This document shows positions 47,952 through 59,700 of a stretch of 64,000 bases of DNA, piece after piece. The translations under genes and the position numbers were made by a program. The notes below the pieces were generated by a model. That model searched no databases, was not told where the DNA came from, and was given only the letters and a program-made list of their open reading frames with translations. Numbering within the stretch: position 1 is the stretch's first letter; the number at the start of each line of letters is the position of its first letter. This DNA is from Candidatus Subterrananammoxibius californiae. Its GTDB lineage: Bacteria; Planctomycetota; Brocadiia; Brocadiales; Subterrananammoxibiaceae. The stretch covers positions 1 to 64,000 of the forward strand of contig JAURAC010000010.1 of NCBI GenBank assembly GCA_030586555.1, read 5' to 3'.

Positions 47952-50900
47952 ATGAAAGCAATTTCTATGTGTATATTCCTGTTAGTACTTAGCACTGGAA
48001 CATGTTCCGCAGAGTTGAGTGACTCAACCCAAAAAGCATTTGAGATGAATTATGATTTCGATGGTAACGGACGGTTGATTGCAATCAGAAAACCAGACGA
48101 GGCTTTGATCCGTTACGAATATAGCGTGGAAGGCCGTCTATTGGCAGTCCATTCACCTGAAGATCGTACAGATTTCAAATATGATAGAAATGGTAATTGC
48201 ATTGAAGTAAGGAATACAACGGGGGAAACGCAGTATTTTTATAATCCTATGAATCAGTTGACAAAGGTTTCTTATGACTATCCTGGCATGAAAAAAAGTA
48301 TTTCGTATGAGTACGACCCATGGGGCAGGCTTCAACACAAAGCGGTTCTCTCCGCAAATGGTGCGGAAGATGTGTATAACACATATCAATACGATATGTA
48401 TGGAAGATTACAGTCTGCTGATGTAAATGGGTTAAAGATCAATTATGATTATGACCCTTCTTCACATGTTGTAACACGAACGCTTCAGAATAATGTTAAA
48501 TCCATTTACAGATACAATTCAGACGGAAGGTTGTCGCAACTAGATCACTATGCAAATGAAAAAAATATCTCGTCTTTCCAATATACCTACAATCAGAATG
48601 GAAATTTGACAAAGCGTATTGAGATGCTGGGTAATCAAACCCTGGAAACTGACTTTCACTATAACAACACCGGTCAGATAACATCAATTACTCATCCAGA
48701 TGGGAAGAGATTAAATTATAAATATTCTGCTGGTTTACTGAAAGAAATAGAGACACCTACAGGTAAAATGCCCGTCAATAGGGATACTCGAGGTTTGATA
48801 AACAGGATCGGCGACACCAATTATTTATCAGATAATATGGGAAGAATAACATCGGTACAAGATCCTTCATTCCAGCATCAATACACATACGACAGTATGG
48901 GTTATCTTAAGGAGATAAAAACTCCAAAAGGGGTGATGAGATTTGATTACAGCGCTGAGGGTCTGCCAATCAGAAACCAATGGGGCGACCAACAGACCTA
49001 CCTTGTACCCGACCCTATGTCAAGTGTTGGGCAACCTTTTATGCTTTCCAATGCTGGAGCATACCACAATGTGCCCGTACCTGACCTTTCCATCGCGCAT
49101 AATAAGCCGCATATCGAGATAAAACTTGGAGACGGTATGGGTAACTCTTATGTACATTTGACTGGAAAGTTTGATCGGTCTATGTCTTTTACACAATCGA
49201 GATTAAGCTCATCCCAACCTTCTCTATTCAAGATAGAGAAAGTTGATATTCCAAAGGTAGAATCTCCGTTTCACGGGATAAAATACGGCAAAGATGTCCA
49301 GGGTCTGATTGATATGGGACAGAAATTGCCCATGCCTTCCGCATCAAGAATAGAGACTTACGACAGATACTGGTCATCGGGTCAATATTGGCAGGATGAC
49401 CCATATTATCGTAATCTGGGACTCAGTCCTCAATCCGGTCCAAAAAGTATGGAACAGTTTGCTGCCGATATTCAGAGCTGGCCACAAGAGTATTTACAAG
49501 TTTACGGTAGAACGCTTGGACTTACGACATTAGGCATGGTTATTAGACCAGCGTTAATTGCAACTAATTGGGTCGGCAAACCATGGCCAATGAATTTTGC
49601 ATTAGCAGGTGTAAAGGGAGGCGTGCGTGGACTATGGAATAGATGGTATGGCGAGCTTGGGAATTATCGATATACAGAAGATTTGAGAGTTGGGTTATCA
49701 GGATATGACAATGCATTTAGAAAAGTAGAGATTTCTAATCGGGGAGCACGCGGAATTTTCGAAATTGCAAGAGATTGGATGAATGCAGATAATATTCCAG
49801 AATTTTTACGAACATCTGGGCGTGATGCTGGCTGGACCTTTTTTGGATCCCCTCGTATTCAGGATATTGTAGGTTCTTGTATTAATAACAATAGCGAAAA
49901 TTCATTGCCGAAATCTAACCTTGTTGAGAGGATGTTCGGTCCGTTCACTAATCTTTTAGATCCTTTTGGAAATTCGCGCTGGATTGGCCAAGACCGAAGT
50001 GGTGATCATTTTGCAGAGCCTTGGGAACGTGATTCAAAAAACAGACGTCCACTTGGAGATACTACTTTACCGGGACTTTCTTATTGGGATGAATTAGCCA
50101 GGCAACACGACATTCAAGATTACTTAAACAAACATGCGCCAAAAAAAGGAACCGTAGTAGAAGTCCCTGGTCCCCATGGTAAAGAATACTACACCTCGCA
50201 AGGCAGGGAATCGAATCAGCACAATCTATGGGTTGCAGGAAGGTGGTTTGGATTCGGGAAAGGCAACCTGTATCAAGAGGCGCCAAAAAGCAGCGCAAAT
50301 GTTGTCCCTCTCGATGAACTCCGAAAGCAGTATCCTATAAAGGATAATCCCACAATCACCTCTTCGAAAACAGGTAAAGACAGCGACACATCTCGATATG
50401 ATGCTCTTTATGAACCTAAAGACCCATTCAAATCATCTCAGCGAAGTGCTTTTCCACCACCATTTGGTGACGGTGGTGGAGGTGGTGGTGCTATGGCAAC
50501 TACTCAGGATGCGTTAAAAGGTCTCGGCAATAGGTGGGAACCCAAGGGTGTGAAGTTTGATAAACCAGCAGAATTCTATGGGTATCTTGGTGCAATTCAG
50601 GGCGTAAGCTTTGATCCAAGAACTAAACACCTTGTTTTAATTGGAAATGGCAATCCGAAACTGCCTCCGATACGTATGGATGATTTCATTGTAGCCCTTC
50701 AGGTTATTTATGGTGGACAGGGCAACGAATGTGAGGGTCCAATGTTTTCTCTGGAGCCTGCCGATAGTTCGAATCCCGCAGGTGACTGGCTTACGCCAAA
50801 GTATTGGCCTGATTTTTTGGAAGGAACCCACATGGGTGACGTGATGCTCCGTGCAGATTGGGTTGCAAAGCAATATTCGTTCGGGGTATTTGCGGATTAT

Positions 50901-52595
50901 GATGGTAAGATAATTGGTAAGCGTGTGTCGTCTGTTCCGGATTTTGCCAGTTACATAGAACGAGTGAAAGCCAATCCGAAGGTACTCTCGGAAGGGCGGT
51001 TAATTTCGCGCTTCTGGATTGTACCATTTGAAATGACGTTGTCGAAGTCAGATAACACAATAATCTTTACCAGCTCAACCATGCGATTAGAAGCTCAGCG
51101 GATGGAAATAACAGAAGGAGGTCTTGTAGATAGTCACGATAAATCAGACGAAGCGGCCGAAGATTTTGCTAATGCCTTCGACTACGATAAATATGCGGCA
51201 GAATCTCCGGTTCTTGAGGAGGTAAGAGAGGCTGCCAAGGTAGTTGCTATTGTAAAATGGTTAAAAAGGATGGGTGTCGGGGTAAATGATTATAAGATTG
51301 ATTGGAATTCTATTCCAAAATCAGAAGGTGAGACAAAAAAAATCCATTCTCTCTCAATTATAGAGTGTAACAATTTATGGGGATTTAGCAGCGGTATGAT
51401 ACGTTTTGTGGGTGGGGTTGAATTAAAGCCAATACTTACAACAGTGCCTCCAGCGCCATTCAGCAAGACACTCGATTTTGAGATTAATAAGATGGTAGCG
51501 GGGAATATAGGTACTTCTGTAGCGCAAATGAAAACGGGTGATTCAGAAAACAAGATATATCGTATGGCTCCATTACCTCTTATGGAAGGTTCTCGGGAGA
51601 TGTACCATCAGTGTCCTGTTGTTATTCATGATGGAATAACGTATGCGGCAGATGGTCAGAAGCGTGTCCGATCTGCATTTGATCAGGATGGTAATACTGC
51701 AACGTTTAATTACGACAGTGAAGGACGTCTCACAGACGTTCAATTCCAATCATACGATAACTGGGAATTGTGTGGGACTTTATCTGAAGGAGGGGAAAAG
51801 GTTATTCGTATCCGTAGCCCCAAAGGTGATGATGTAACATATCACTATCGTCCAGATGGACTTATAGCTGAAATTAAGGTAAATGGCAATCCAATTACTC
51901 ATTTCTCCTGGAGTGATAATAAGAATTCCGTTGAAATAGGTCATGTGAAAATTTTTGAGGAATATCCCATTGGTGATATTTCTGGTAAACCAAAAAAAGT
52001 TGAAAAGACTGTTTGTAAAGAAAAAATAACTGCCGTGAATAATGAGTTAAGCTATGTACGGGAAATTCTCGAAGATGTCCAGCGAACGGAAAAGGTTTCA
52101 TACAAATATTCAAAAGATAGTGTATCAATAGAAAGCACACATAGTGCACCTCTTTATATAGGGAAAAACGGTGATACTATAGTTGAACAAAGTTTAGGAA
52201 AAAAGATAACGTATGAATATGAACCTGAAAGTGGCATTCTCAAGAAAATCACTTGTGAAAATGGAGATTATATTGAATTTCTCCCTATTGAAAAGCGAAC
52301 CGATGGGGATGTAATGACCGTACGTACAAAAAAGGGGAAAGATCAGGCAGAGATTTCTTTTTCGGAAAATCAGATTATTGTACGTGAGTTTAATGATACC
52401 GAGACAATTTATCAATACAAAGAGGGTCTATTGCAATGGATTGATTCGCCTGTGGGAAGATGTACGTATTTGTACGACAACGGCCGTCTTTCATCAATAA
52501 AGTACCCTGATGGCTCTGAATTGAGGTTTATTCTAAATGAAGGTATCAACGTAACAAGGCTAAGAGTGCAGAGAATAATGGCAAGTAAAAATTGA
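47952..52595 (+). CDS. Secreted YD/RHS-repeat protein with internal PLA2-like motif and DUF1598-like domain
   Basis: Signal peptide; YDxxGRL repeats at both ends; LLDPFG; DELARQHD; DDFIVAL...MLRADWVAK...SRFWIVP. Confidence 0.82.
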   Translation: MKAISMCIFLLVLSTGTCSAELSDSTQKAFEMNYDFDGNGRLIAIRKPDEALIRYEYSVEGRLLAVHSPEDRTDFKYDRNGNCIEVRNTTGETQYFYNPMNQLTKVSYDYPGMKKSISYEYDPWGRLQHKAVLSANGAEDVYNTYQYDMYGRLQSADVNGLKINYDYDPSSHVVTRTLQNNVKSIYRYNSDGRLSQLDHYANEKNISSFQYTYNQNGNLTKRIEMLGNQTLETDFHYNNTGQITSITHPDGKRLNYKYSAGLLKEIETPTGKMPVNRDTRGLINRIGDTNYLSDNMGRITSVQDPSFQHQYTYDSMGYLKEIKTPKGVMRFDYSAEGLPIRNQWGDQQTYLVPDPMSSVGQPFMLSNAGAYHNVPVPDLSIAHNKPHIEIKLGDGMGNSYVHLTGKFDRSMSFTQSRLSSSQPSLFKIEKVDIPKVESPFHGIKYGKDVQGLIDMGQKLPMPSASRIETYDRYWSSGQYWQDDPYYRNLGLSPQSGPKSMEQFAADIQSWPQEYLQVYGRTLGLTTLGMVIRPALIATNWVGKPWPMNFALAGVKGGVRGLWNRWYGELGNYRYTEDLRVGLSGYDNAFRKVEISNRGARGIFEIARDWMNADNIPEFLRTSGRDAGWTFFGSPRIQDIVGSCINNNSENSLPKSNLVERMFGPFTNLLDPFGNSRWIGQDRSGDHFAEPWERDSKNRRPLGDTTLPGLSYWDELARQHDIQDYLNKHAPKKGTVVEVPGPHGKEYYTSQGRESNQHNLWVAGRWFGFGKGNLYQEAPKSSANVVPLDELRKQYPIKDNPTITSSKTGKDSDTSRYDALYEPKDPFKSSQRSAFPPPFGDGGGGGGAMATTQDALKGLGNRWEPKGVKFDKPAEFYGYLGAIQGVSFDPRTKHLVLIGNGNPKLPPIRMDDFIVALQVIYGGQGNECEGPMFSLEPADSSNPAGDWLTPKYWPDFLEGTHMGDVMLRADWVAKQYSFGVFADYDGKIIGKRVSSVPDFASYIERVKANPKVLSEGRLISRFWIVPFEMTLSKSDNTIIFTSSTMRLEAQRMEITEGGLVDSHDKSDEAAEDFANAFDYDKYAAESPVLEEVREAAKVVAIVKWLKRMGVGVNDYKIDWNSIPKSEGETKKIHSLSIIECNNLWGFSSGMIRFVGGVELKPILTTVPPAPFSKTLDFEINKMVAGNIGTSVAQMKTGDSENKIYRMAPLPLMEGSREMYHQCPVVIHDGITYAADGQKRVRSAFDQDGNTATFNYDSEGRLTDVQFQSYDNWELCGTLSEGGEKVIRIRSPKGDDVTYHYRPDGLIAEIKVNGNPITHFSWSDNKNSVEIGHVKIFEEYPIGDISGKPKKVEKTVCKEKITAVNNELSYVREILEDVQRTEKVSYKYSKDSVSIESTHSAPLYIGKNGDTIVEQSLGKKITYEYEPESGILKKITCENGDYIEFLPIEKRTDGDVMTVRTKKGKDQAEISFSENQIIVREFNDTETIYQYKEGLLQWIDSPVGRCTYLYDNGRLSSIKYPDGSELRFILNEGINVTRLRVQRIMASKN

Positions 52596-52656
52596 TTGAA
52601 TAATTTTATTAGAATTAAAGGAAGTTTTCATTTTTATACTGGTTTTTCTGAAAGGG

Positions 52657-55600
52657 ATGATCAGAATGAGTATTTTACAATCTTTATTTGATTGGATTGT
52701 GTGTACAAAAATTTCTGTAAGGAAAGGTTTAGTCTTTTCCCTGATTATTTTAACATTATTCTTCTTTGTTATTCCGGTAATTTGCCAGGAAAATGGAGTT
52801 GGGAAAGTGGCAGGCTCTGAAGCCATTTCAAATGGAGAAGGTTCGGGAGGGGAAAAAACGGTTAGTCAGGACAACATTACTATAGAAGAATTAGAAAAAC
52901 AATTTGGAAACGCCGTTAAGAATGTACAACCATATCCGGAAATACCAAGGGAGATTAATCTGATTGAACAACCTAAGGTGCTCCGAAGAATCCTGCTGCC
53001 CGTATATCGTGATTTTCTGGTTATAAATGATGACCTTGTAAGCAAGCACTTTCGCAGTGCAGACGAAGCTGTACTTGCCAACATTTTAAAGAAATGGAAT
53101 TTGCCATTTCTCGACACAGAGCAGTATATTTCTATTCCATTTTTCATCGAAATTCCAGCTTCTGAAGGAACAAAGCAAGGTATACCTCGTTTCATAATAT
53201 CGTCAAAAATTCATAAATCCCCACTTTCAACTCGTCTATATTATCTGGGAATGCTTAAGGCATACGCAGCGCTTCCACGTGCTTTTAAGGATGCCCCATC
53301 GTGTTGGTCTCATGGACTTTCAAGCCTGATAGCACAAGATTTCTGGTATCCAGGGTCAATGGCATCTTGTCCAGAACTGGAAGTTGAAACAGCAATCGCC
53401 ACCCTGCTCTTTCACAAAAATAACAACCTTATCTGGGATGCATACCTGGAAGATGAGTCGTCCTTTGACTATAATGCTTATAAAAATAGTCTCAGAAATA
53501 CTATTAAAGATATAGGAAGTGGAGATACTGATAAGGCACTTACCGAACTCCTGCGTTCGCCAGAAGAATATTATGCACAGGGACAAAAGGAAAGAACGAA
53601 TGCTGAAACGGAGGGAAAGAGCTTTGTAACACTAATCCCTCCTAATATGTATATCCTGTGGTTGATTCTTCCAGATAGCGAGACAGGACTTCACTCTATT
53701 GCTGACTTTTCCAAGACCAATATTAAACACAGTGGTTTACGATTGGTAATTCTTAATGCCTGCTACGATAAGCTTTGCGCTCGGTTTGGACAAACGCCAA
53801 ATGGATTACTTACAAATTCTGCTATACTCCTATCGCAATATGTAGAGGATCGTCTTAGAGAACTTAGTCCAGAAGCAGAGAATGAAGCAAAGCAATTAAT
53901 TAACAATTTTGATCAGCAAAGGGAGGACGTTTGGAATAAGTTTAACGATGAGCTTCAAAAACGTGGACAAAAGGATGAAGATTTAAAGAAAAAAATAATA
54001 GCTTACGATCCCTCGATGCTAAAGTGGACATTTACATTCCTTTACAATTACAGCCTTGATATCCGCAAGAAACAGAAAGAATTAAGGGATCAGATTCGTA
54101 GCGAGAATCCTGGTATTAGCGAAGAAGATGTGGATAAAAAAACACCAGAGAAAATTACAGGAGAATTGATGCTTCAGTGGTGGCGTCAAGACCCATTGAT
54201 TGCAAAATTGTTAGATAAAGTAGGTGAGCCGAGTTTGGATGTAAAACGTGCCGAACCAAACCGGGGAATACAACTTGATTGCGTCTGGAGCTTACAAAGA
54301 CAGGGGACTTCGGATATAGAAAAGGTGACTATCCATATATGGGACCCATGTTCATCAGGTGGTGGCAAGCCAAAACCGGGTGTTTCCGGTAAGGCAAAGG
54401 TGGTCGTGCGCAAAGACCTAAACTCTGCGCCAGAGGAGATTGAACTTAAGGATATAAAGAAAAATTATTTTGTTCAGACGCTTGGTAAAATTGACGATGT
54501 AGACGTAGAAAAAATGGAAGAGGACTGGGCGCGAGTTGTTGCAATTTCAACAGAAAATACCATAGCGCCATGGCAGATTAACTCGGGCGCAGGGCAATCA
54601 CTGGAGATAGGCAGGATTCAGGCAGTACGGGTTAAGCTTGGTAATGAAAATACTTGGAAATGGCAGGAACCACGTTCTATACGTGCCAAAAAGGATGTCC
54701 TGTTGGGCATCAAACCAGAAGGTCCTATTCCTGAGAAGCAAAAGGCTTCATTCTTTCCAGCCGAAATTTCTAATTCGAGCGGCGTAAATAAAAATTTACA
54801 ACTTGTTTTAATTCAACTATCGCACAAAGAGGTTACAGAACTTAAGGAATCTGGAACAGGTATATGGGGATATTTTGCCGATTCCAGGTTTGTACAGGCA
54901 GAGGTTTTCCCCGCAGATGAAGGTATTGATGGTATGGCTGACATCGAAATACCCGACGGGAAAAAGAAGGTTGAATCCCTCCAACCTCCTGTCAGCGATA
55001 AACCAGGTGAAAAAGTAAACGCCTTTGACTATAAAAATCCAAATACCTTTGTAGATAACATTCTAAAGCGTGATTCAAAGATTACTAATTACATTATTAA
55101 GATTTCCTATAAGCTTCCAGATGGTGGATTAGGAAGTATTCGCGTAGCGGAAGGTCAATTGCTTGTGGTGTATGAATCAGAAAATAAGGTTATGTCGCTG
55201 AAAAAGGCATATCAGCTAAAGAATAAGAATTTACTGGTATGCGGTTTTTTAAATGATGGCTCGCCAAAAACCGCCGAAATTACCAATCTCGAAGGGCTTG
55301 AAGAAAAGCTTGGGGTTTATGAAATTGCATTGAAACAATGCCCCCTCATTCGTGTGAATGGCATCCTGATTCCGGTCAAAACAAAGCAAAGCCGTATTTA
55401 TCCAGGCATTGAAAAGAATAGTTTAGTGCAAATGTCCCCTTCCCTTGAGATAGTACGAGAGGCAAGCGCCGAAAAGATAAATTTGAAAAGCTCTCTGTGT
55501 AAACGTGCCTTTGAGGTAAATACAACGAACCTTATACTGTCATATAACGTTAATATAGATCCACGGAGCTTCTGGCAGGCAGAGATTGCCAAAAGGAATG

Positions 55601-56796
55601 ACTATGAAAGTACCCGGTATGTTCAAATCATTACAGATAAGGCAAAGCTCCTCTGCGGTCATTTCCAGGAGGTGTATACAACTAATAGTGATTGGAATGG
55701 AGTAGGTCCAAAACAGGCAAGCTTGATTGTGCCTGGTGAAAAGGTAGTATGGCTGTCTCCAGATGGAACTATCAATTTAATCCCTGTTGTTGCTGTTCAG
55801 GAAATGCATCCAACAAAAGAAATCCCTTCTTTATCCTTATGTGAATTTACGATTACTGATACAGCCGTTGCACGTGCTGGTATTATGCCGAATATGTTTG
55901 CCAATGGTATATTGGTGAACATGAGATTTAATGCTATGGATGCCGGTGGGGAAGATTTGGGAAAAGAAGGTCCAAATAGAGGAATATCACCTGCGCCAAA
56001 GGAGAAGGGACCAGGATATCCGCAACCCGGCGGTAGTGATATTGTACGTAATGAAAAGTTGCCAGAAACTAAAATTAAATACAACGATGATGATGTGTCA
56101 CAATTTGTACGCAACAGGCAAGAACTAAACGCCGCATTTGCAAGACAAAAATCAATAGGCGCTGCACGTCCTGATGTGATACAACGTTTTCTTTCGCATT
56201 ACTTTGACGGTTCAGTATCAATAAGTGATGTTTATAAAAGTATAAGTAATTATCTCCATGATTATCTTTATGCAAGGGATTTTCTCGTAAATACGGGCAA
56301 TCCACGTGTATTGCCTGGTTTTATTAATTCTTACTTGTTCCTTGCCACGTTGGTATATGAGGCAGGAGATATGAATGCAGGAGATGCATTGACGCGGGAC
56401 TTTTTCTGTTTTATTACCAGAACGATTAATAAACAAGGCGGTAAAGGATTCTATTCAGGCGACTCGTTTTGTGTCAGAAATGGGATACTTGCCGCCAGAG
56501 ATATTTTGCTCTACATGCGCAATAAGTGCGAAAAGGATGGATTTGAACCAATTACGCAAGTGGAGTTTTCGGCAGAAAGCTTTGATGCCATTTTAAAACA
56601 AGATTTCATTGGGCAGGTGAAATGCAGTGAAGATATTTTAAATAACAATAATGTGAACTTGTATAATCTTTGTCGGCAGCTTGATAAATGGGCAGGAATG
56701 CCTATGCCTCTTGCTGAGTCTATTGTGTCTCCGGAGTTAAAGGCGCACGGGTTATTTGAAGGAACTGTATATCGTGAACGTCTTAGAACAAGATAA
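52657..56796 (+). CDS. Large exported protein with three tandem degenerate Hint-like domains
   Basis: N-terminal hydrophobic segment; three ~160 aa beta-rich units ending YFADSRFVQ, IRVNGILIP and MFANGILVN. Confidence 0.72.
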   Translation: MIRMSILQSLFDWIVCTKISVRKGLVFSLIILTLFFFVIPVICQENGVGKVAGSEAISNGEGSGGEKTVSQDNITIEELEKQFGNAVKNVQPYPEIPREINLIEQPKVLRRILLPVYRDFLVINDDLVSKHFRSADEAVLANILKKWNLPFLDTEQYISIPFFIEIPASEGTKQGIPRFIISSKIHKSPLSTRLYYLGMLKAYAALPRAFKDAPSCWSHGLSSLIAQDFWYPGSMASCPELEVETAIATLLFHKNNNLIWDAYLEDESSFDYNAYKNSLRNTIKDIGSGDTDKALTELLRSPEEYYAQGQKERTNAETEGKSFVTLIPPNMYILWLILPDSETGLHSIADFSKTNIKHSGLRLVILNACYDKLCARFGQTPNGLLTNSAILLSQYVEDRLRELSPEAENEAKQLINNFDQQREDVWNKFNDELQKRGQKDEDLKKKIIAYDPSMLKWTFTFLYNYSLDIRKKQKELRDQIRSENPGISEEDVDKKTPEKITGELMLQWWRQDPLIAKLLDKVGEPSLDVKRAEPNRGIQLDCVWSLQRQGTSDIEKVTIHIWDPCSSGGGKPKPGVSGKAKVVVRKDLNSAPEEIELKDIKKNYFVQTLGKIDDVDVEKMEEDWARVVAISTENTIAPWQINSGAGQSLEIGRIQAVRVKLGNENTWKWQEPRSIRAKKDVLLGIKPEGPIPEKQKASFFPAEISNSSGVNKNLQLVLIQLSHKEVTELKESGTGIWGYFADSRFVQAEVFPADEGIDGMADIEIPDGKKKVESLQPPVSDKPGEKVNAFDYKNPNTFVDNILKRDSKITNYIIKISYKLPDGGLGSIRVAEGQLLVVYESENKVMSLKKAYQLKNKNLLVCGFLNDGSPKTAEITNLEGLEEKLGVYEIALKQCPLIRVNGILIPVKTKQSRIYPGIEKNSLVQMSPSLEIVREASAEKINLKSSLCKRAFEVNTTNLILSYNVNIDPRSFWQAEIAKRNDYESTRYVQIITDKAKLLCGHFQEVYTTNSDWNGVGPKQASLIVPGEKVVWLSPDGTINLIPVVAVQEMHPTKEIPSLSLCEFTITDTAVARAGIMPNMFANGILVNMRFNAMDAGGEDLGKEGPNRGISPAPKEKGPGYPQPGGSDIVRNEKLPETKIKYNDDDVSQFVRNRQELNAAFARQKSIGAARPDVIQRFLSHYFDGSVSISDVYKSISNYLHDYLYARDFLVNTGNPRVLPGFINSYLFLATLVYEAGDMNAGDALTRDFFCFITRTINKQGGKGFYSGDSFCVRNGILAARDILLYMRNKCEKDGFEPITQVEFSAESFDAILKQDFIGQVKCSEDILNNNNVNLYNLCRQLDKWAGMPMPLAESIVSPELKAHGLFEGTVYRERLRTR

Positions 56797-56797
56797 A

Positions 56798-59700
56798 ATG
56801 AAAAAAAGAATAAATCTATTCCGTAGAAATCTTTTTGTTACAAACAGCAAAAACCGGTATACAAAGATTTTTCTGCTGTTCACAACAGTATTTTGCATTC
56901 TTTTGCTATTCTTAATTCATGTGAGAATAGTTGTTGCTGCTGAAAGCACGGCACACCTCGATTTGAGAGTGGCGTTTGAAGATCATTGGAACGAATTTTA
57001 TCAGAAAAGATGGGATATTTTGATTGATATAATGCGGACAAGGATTAATCAGGTACCAGCAGGCGCTGAACGTGATGACATTAAAAAGTGGACCTGGGAA
57101 TTTGCAGAAAGGGGGTTTTGTAAAGAGACGTACAACTATTTTCTCTTTAGTGATAAAAACAGCCCCCTTCGAAAGGAATTTATTGGTATCATTCAACAAA
57201 CTGATTCCAGATTAACTCAGGATTTTTTAAGACGCATCTATGCAGGATATCAAGGCAGTCCAGTCAAATATGATTTTCAAGCATTTCTCCAGTCAGCATG
57301 GATAGACCTGAGTTCTACCATGGCCGATGAGGGCACTTATCAATCCTTGGTTAGCTTGCTGGACAATCGTGGACCTTCTGGTGATATAGACCAATATCTC
57401 AATGTGTTGTATTACGGTTACAGGACACATAGCAGACATGAAGGTGATTTTGATAGTAATATAAGAAAGTACTATCTCGATTCACAGACCCTTAGACCAG
57501 AGACTATCAGCAAACTTCATAGCGCTCTCAATCAAAATTATTGGGACGGTCTCAAACAAAAGAAAGATTGGATGCTTGCAAAATCAGCATCCCGATTGTA
57601 TAACGATTTTCCCCCACAGAGGTGGGCAGAAATGGATTCTCAGGTAGTTTTAGACCTTGCAAATATATTGTCAAAGGCTAATAACATTCCAGAAGTCAAA
57701 CAGGTGGAGGTTATAGAGTGGATAAAAAAGATAGGTGAAGACGTAAAGAAAAACCCTGCAAGCGTACCAGTGCGTTCTTTACTTGCATATTTTATTTCAA
57801 ATTCTAACGTGAGTCTTCGCACGTCTTTTCAGTGCATTTTACCTTTATTCCGGGACGACCAGACAATGTTTGCAGCGCTTCATGATTCACCACCAGAAAA
57901 TTTTCCAATGAAGATATGGCATGGAGATTCACAGAATCTTTCTGACTGTGTTGATTTGCTTTGTGGGTTTTTCCAGATTAATCGTGCCCCTCAGTGGGAA
58001 ACAAAACTATGGGATTGCCTTCGGGATCGTTACTATGTTGTTTATCAGGGACTTAGAAATCGTATTTTCACTACAATAATTAGACCAATTTATGAAAATC
58101 ATGAACTCACTGCTAACCCCATCAGGAAAAGATTATTACATGAGACTTATAAGGACAAATGGCTGCTGGATTCCCATCGCTATGAAATTGCGCATCACTT
58201 TCTTGCAAATCAACTGATGACGGATACCGTTGCAATGGAAGGAAGAAATATTGATGTGTTAACTTTTACCACAAATATATACAACAGTTTTGCTCCTGCA
58301 GAAAATCAGCTATATGAGTCAGAATCATTGAAAAGAAAAATTGAACAGATTGGTATAGGATTTCCAGCTACAGAATCAGAAAGGATTATAGCTTATGTCA
58401 ACTGCGTATTAGGAGAACCTCTGACACTCATGTGCTATGCGTTCATGGGAAAAACCAACCTTACCAAAGGTGTTTCTTTTCCTCTGGTGGCAGCAGATGG
58501 TAATAGTGACAGCCCCCAGGCATTGCAATTTGAAGCGGTCCTTAGAAGGATTGTAGAACTGAAAGGTATCCTGAAGCAGCAATATGCAACAAAACTTGAT
58601 AGGATAAAAATACTTGAAGATGTTGTAAATGAAGTGATTCGTGGAATGGAAGAAGCAATTGCAAAGAAAGACCAGAGACAGATTGTTACCATGATTCGCC
58701 TTATATTAAAGATTACTGTGGTTCTGGAAGATGATTCCTACCTTGATCGAGTTTTGGTTACCTTACGGGATGTCTTTGGGATTGGGGCTGATGCTGCATT
58801 ATTTCAAAAATTGGAAAGCTCTACCCTTAATGGCCGAGTTTATTGTTTTTCTGCGCTGCACTCTGATGACCTTGTTAAGGCGCTCAAAGCCATTGGAAAG
58901 ATAAAATATTTTGTGAAATTTTACGATGAACTTTATGTCCCGCTTCGCAGTATTTACGGTTTTTTTAATAAGGTCGGCGCAGAACCTTACCTGAAATTTA
59001 TAAATGAATTTACCAGTAATGCTTACGAAGAAAAGCGTAATATAAATGAGTTGTTCGAGAAAGAAATTGAAAACCTTGGCGCTATTCATAATGCGGATGG
59101 ACAACCGGAGTATATCAATGCTGAGAGTGCAGTCGTAACGCTTATAGATCATTACTGTAAGACATTGAATATAAATCTGTGGGAAAAACCGAAGACAATT
59201 GCTTTGAGTAAAAATATAAATTTAGGCGTTATTTACCGCTTGTTGAATGAAAAAGGAAGCAATGGATGGGAACTAAAAGGCATGGATGATCAAAATCGTG
59301 CCAGATGTTACAGAACTTTGGCAGAGGTGTTTCTTGAAAACGTAGAAAATCCAAACATGATGAGTAAACCTGTTAATCTTTACGAACCACCAGCACTGTA
59401 TTCAAAATGGGATTTTTTCAGTTTTCTACGCTCTATGACAGACCTTTACGAGATACTCGGATATCCGATTCCGGGAAAAGCGCCTGCAACACTTTATGAG
59501 GGTACGCCATGCAGCAAGGATGGCGTTAAAAGGGCGATTTTAAAGGGCAGCGACAAGCTCTTACCAAGAAAGGTTAATGGCTCTTTGCGCGCTGTGGTTG
59601 TTGAGAAATTTAAGGACATGAAAGGTGTTGAAGAAAACGAATATTCAGACAAATGCGAAGAAATGGTTAAACTCGCGCTCCTTTTGCCTAACAAAGAAGA

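Noticed and set aside
54379..55920. Active inteins
   Set aside because: No N-terminal Cys/Ser, no TxxH and no terminal His-Asn followed by Cys/Ser/Thr.
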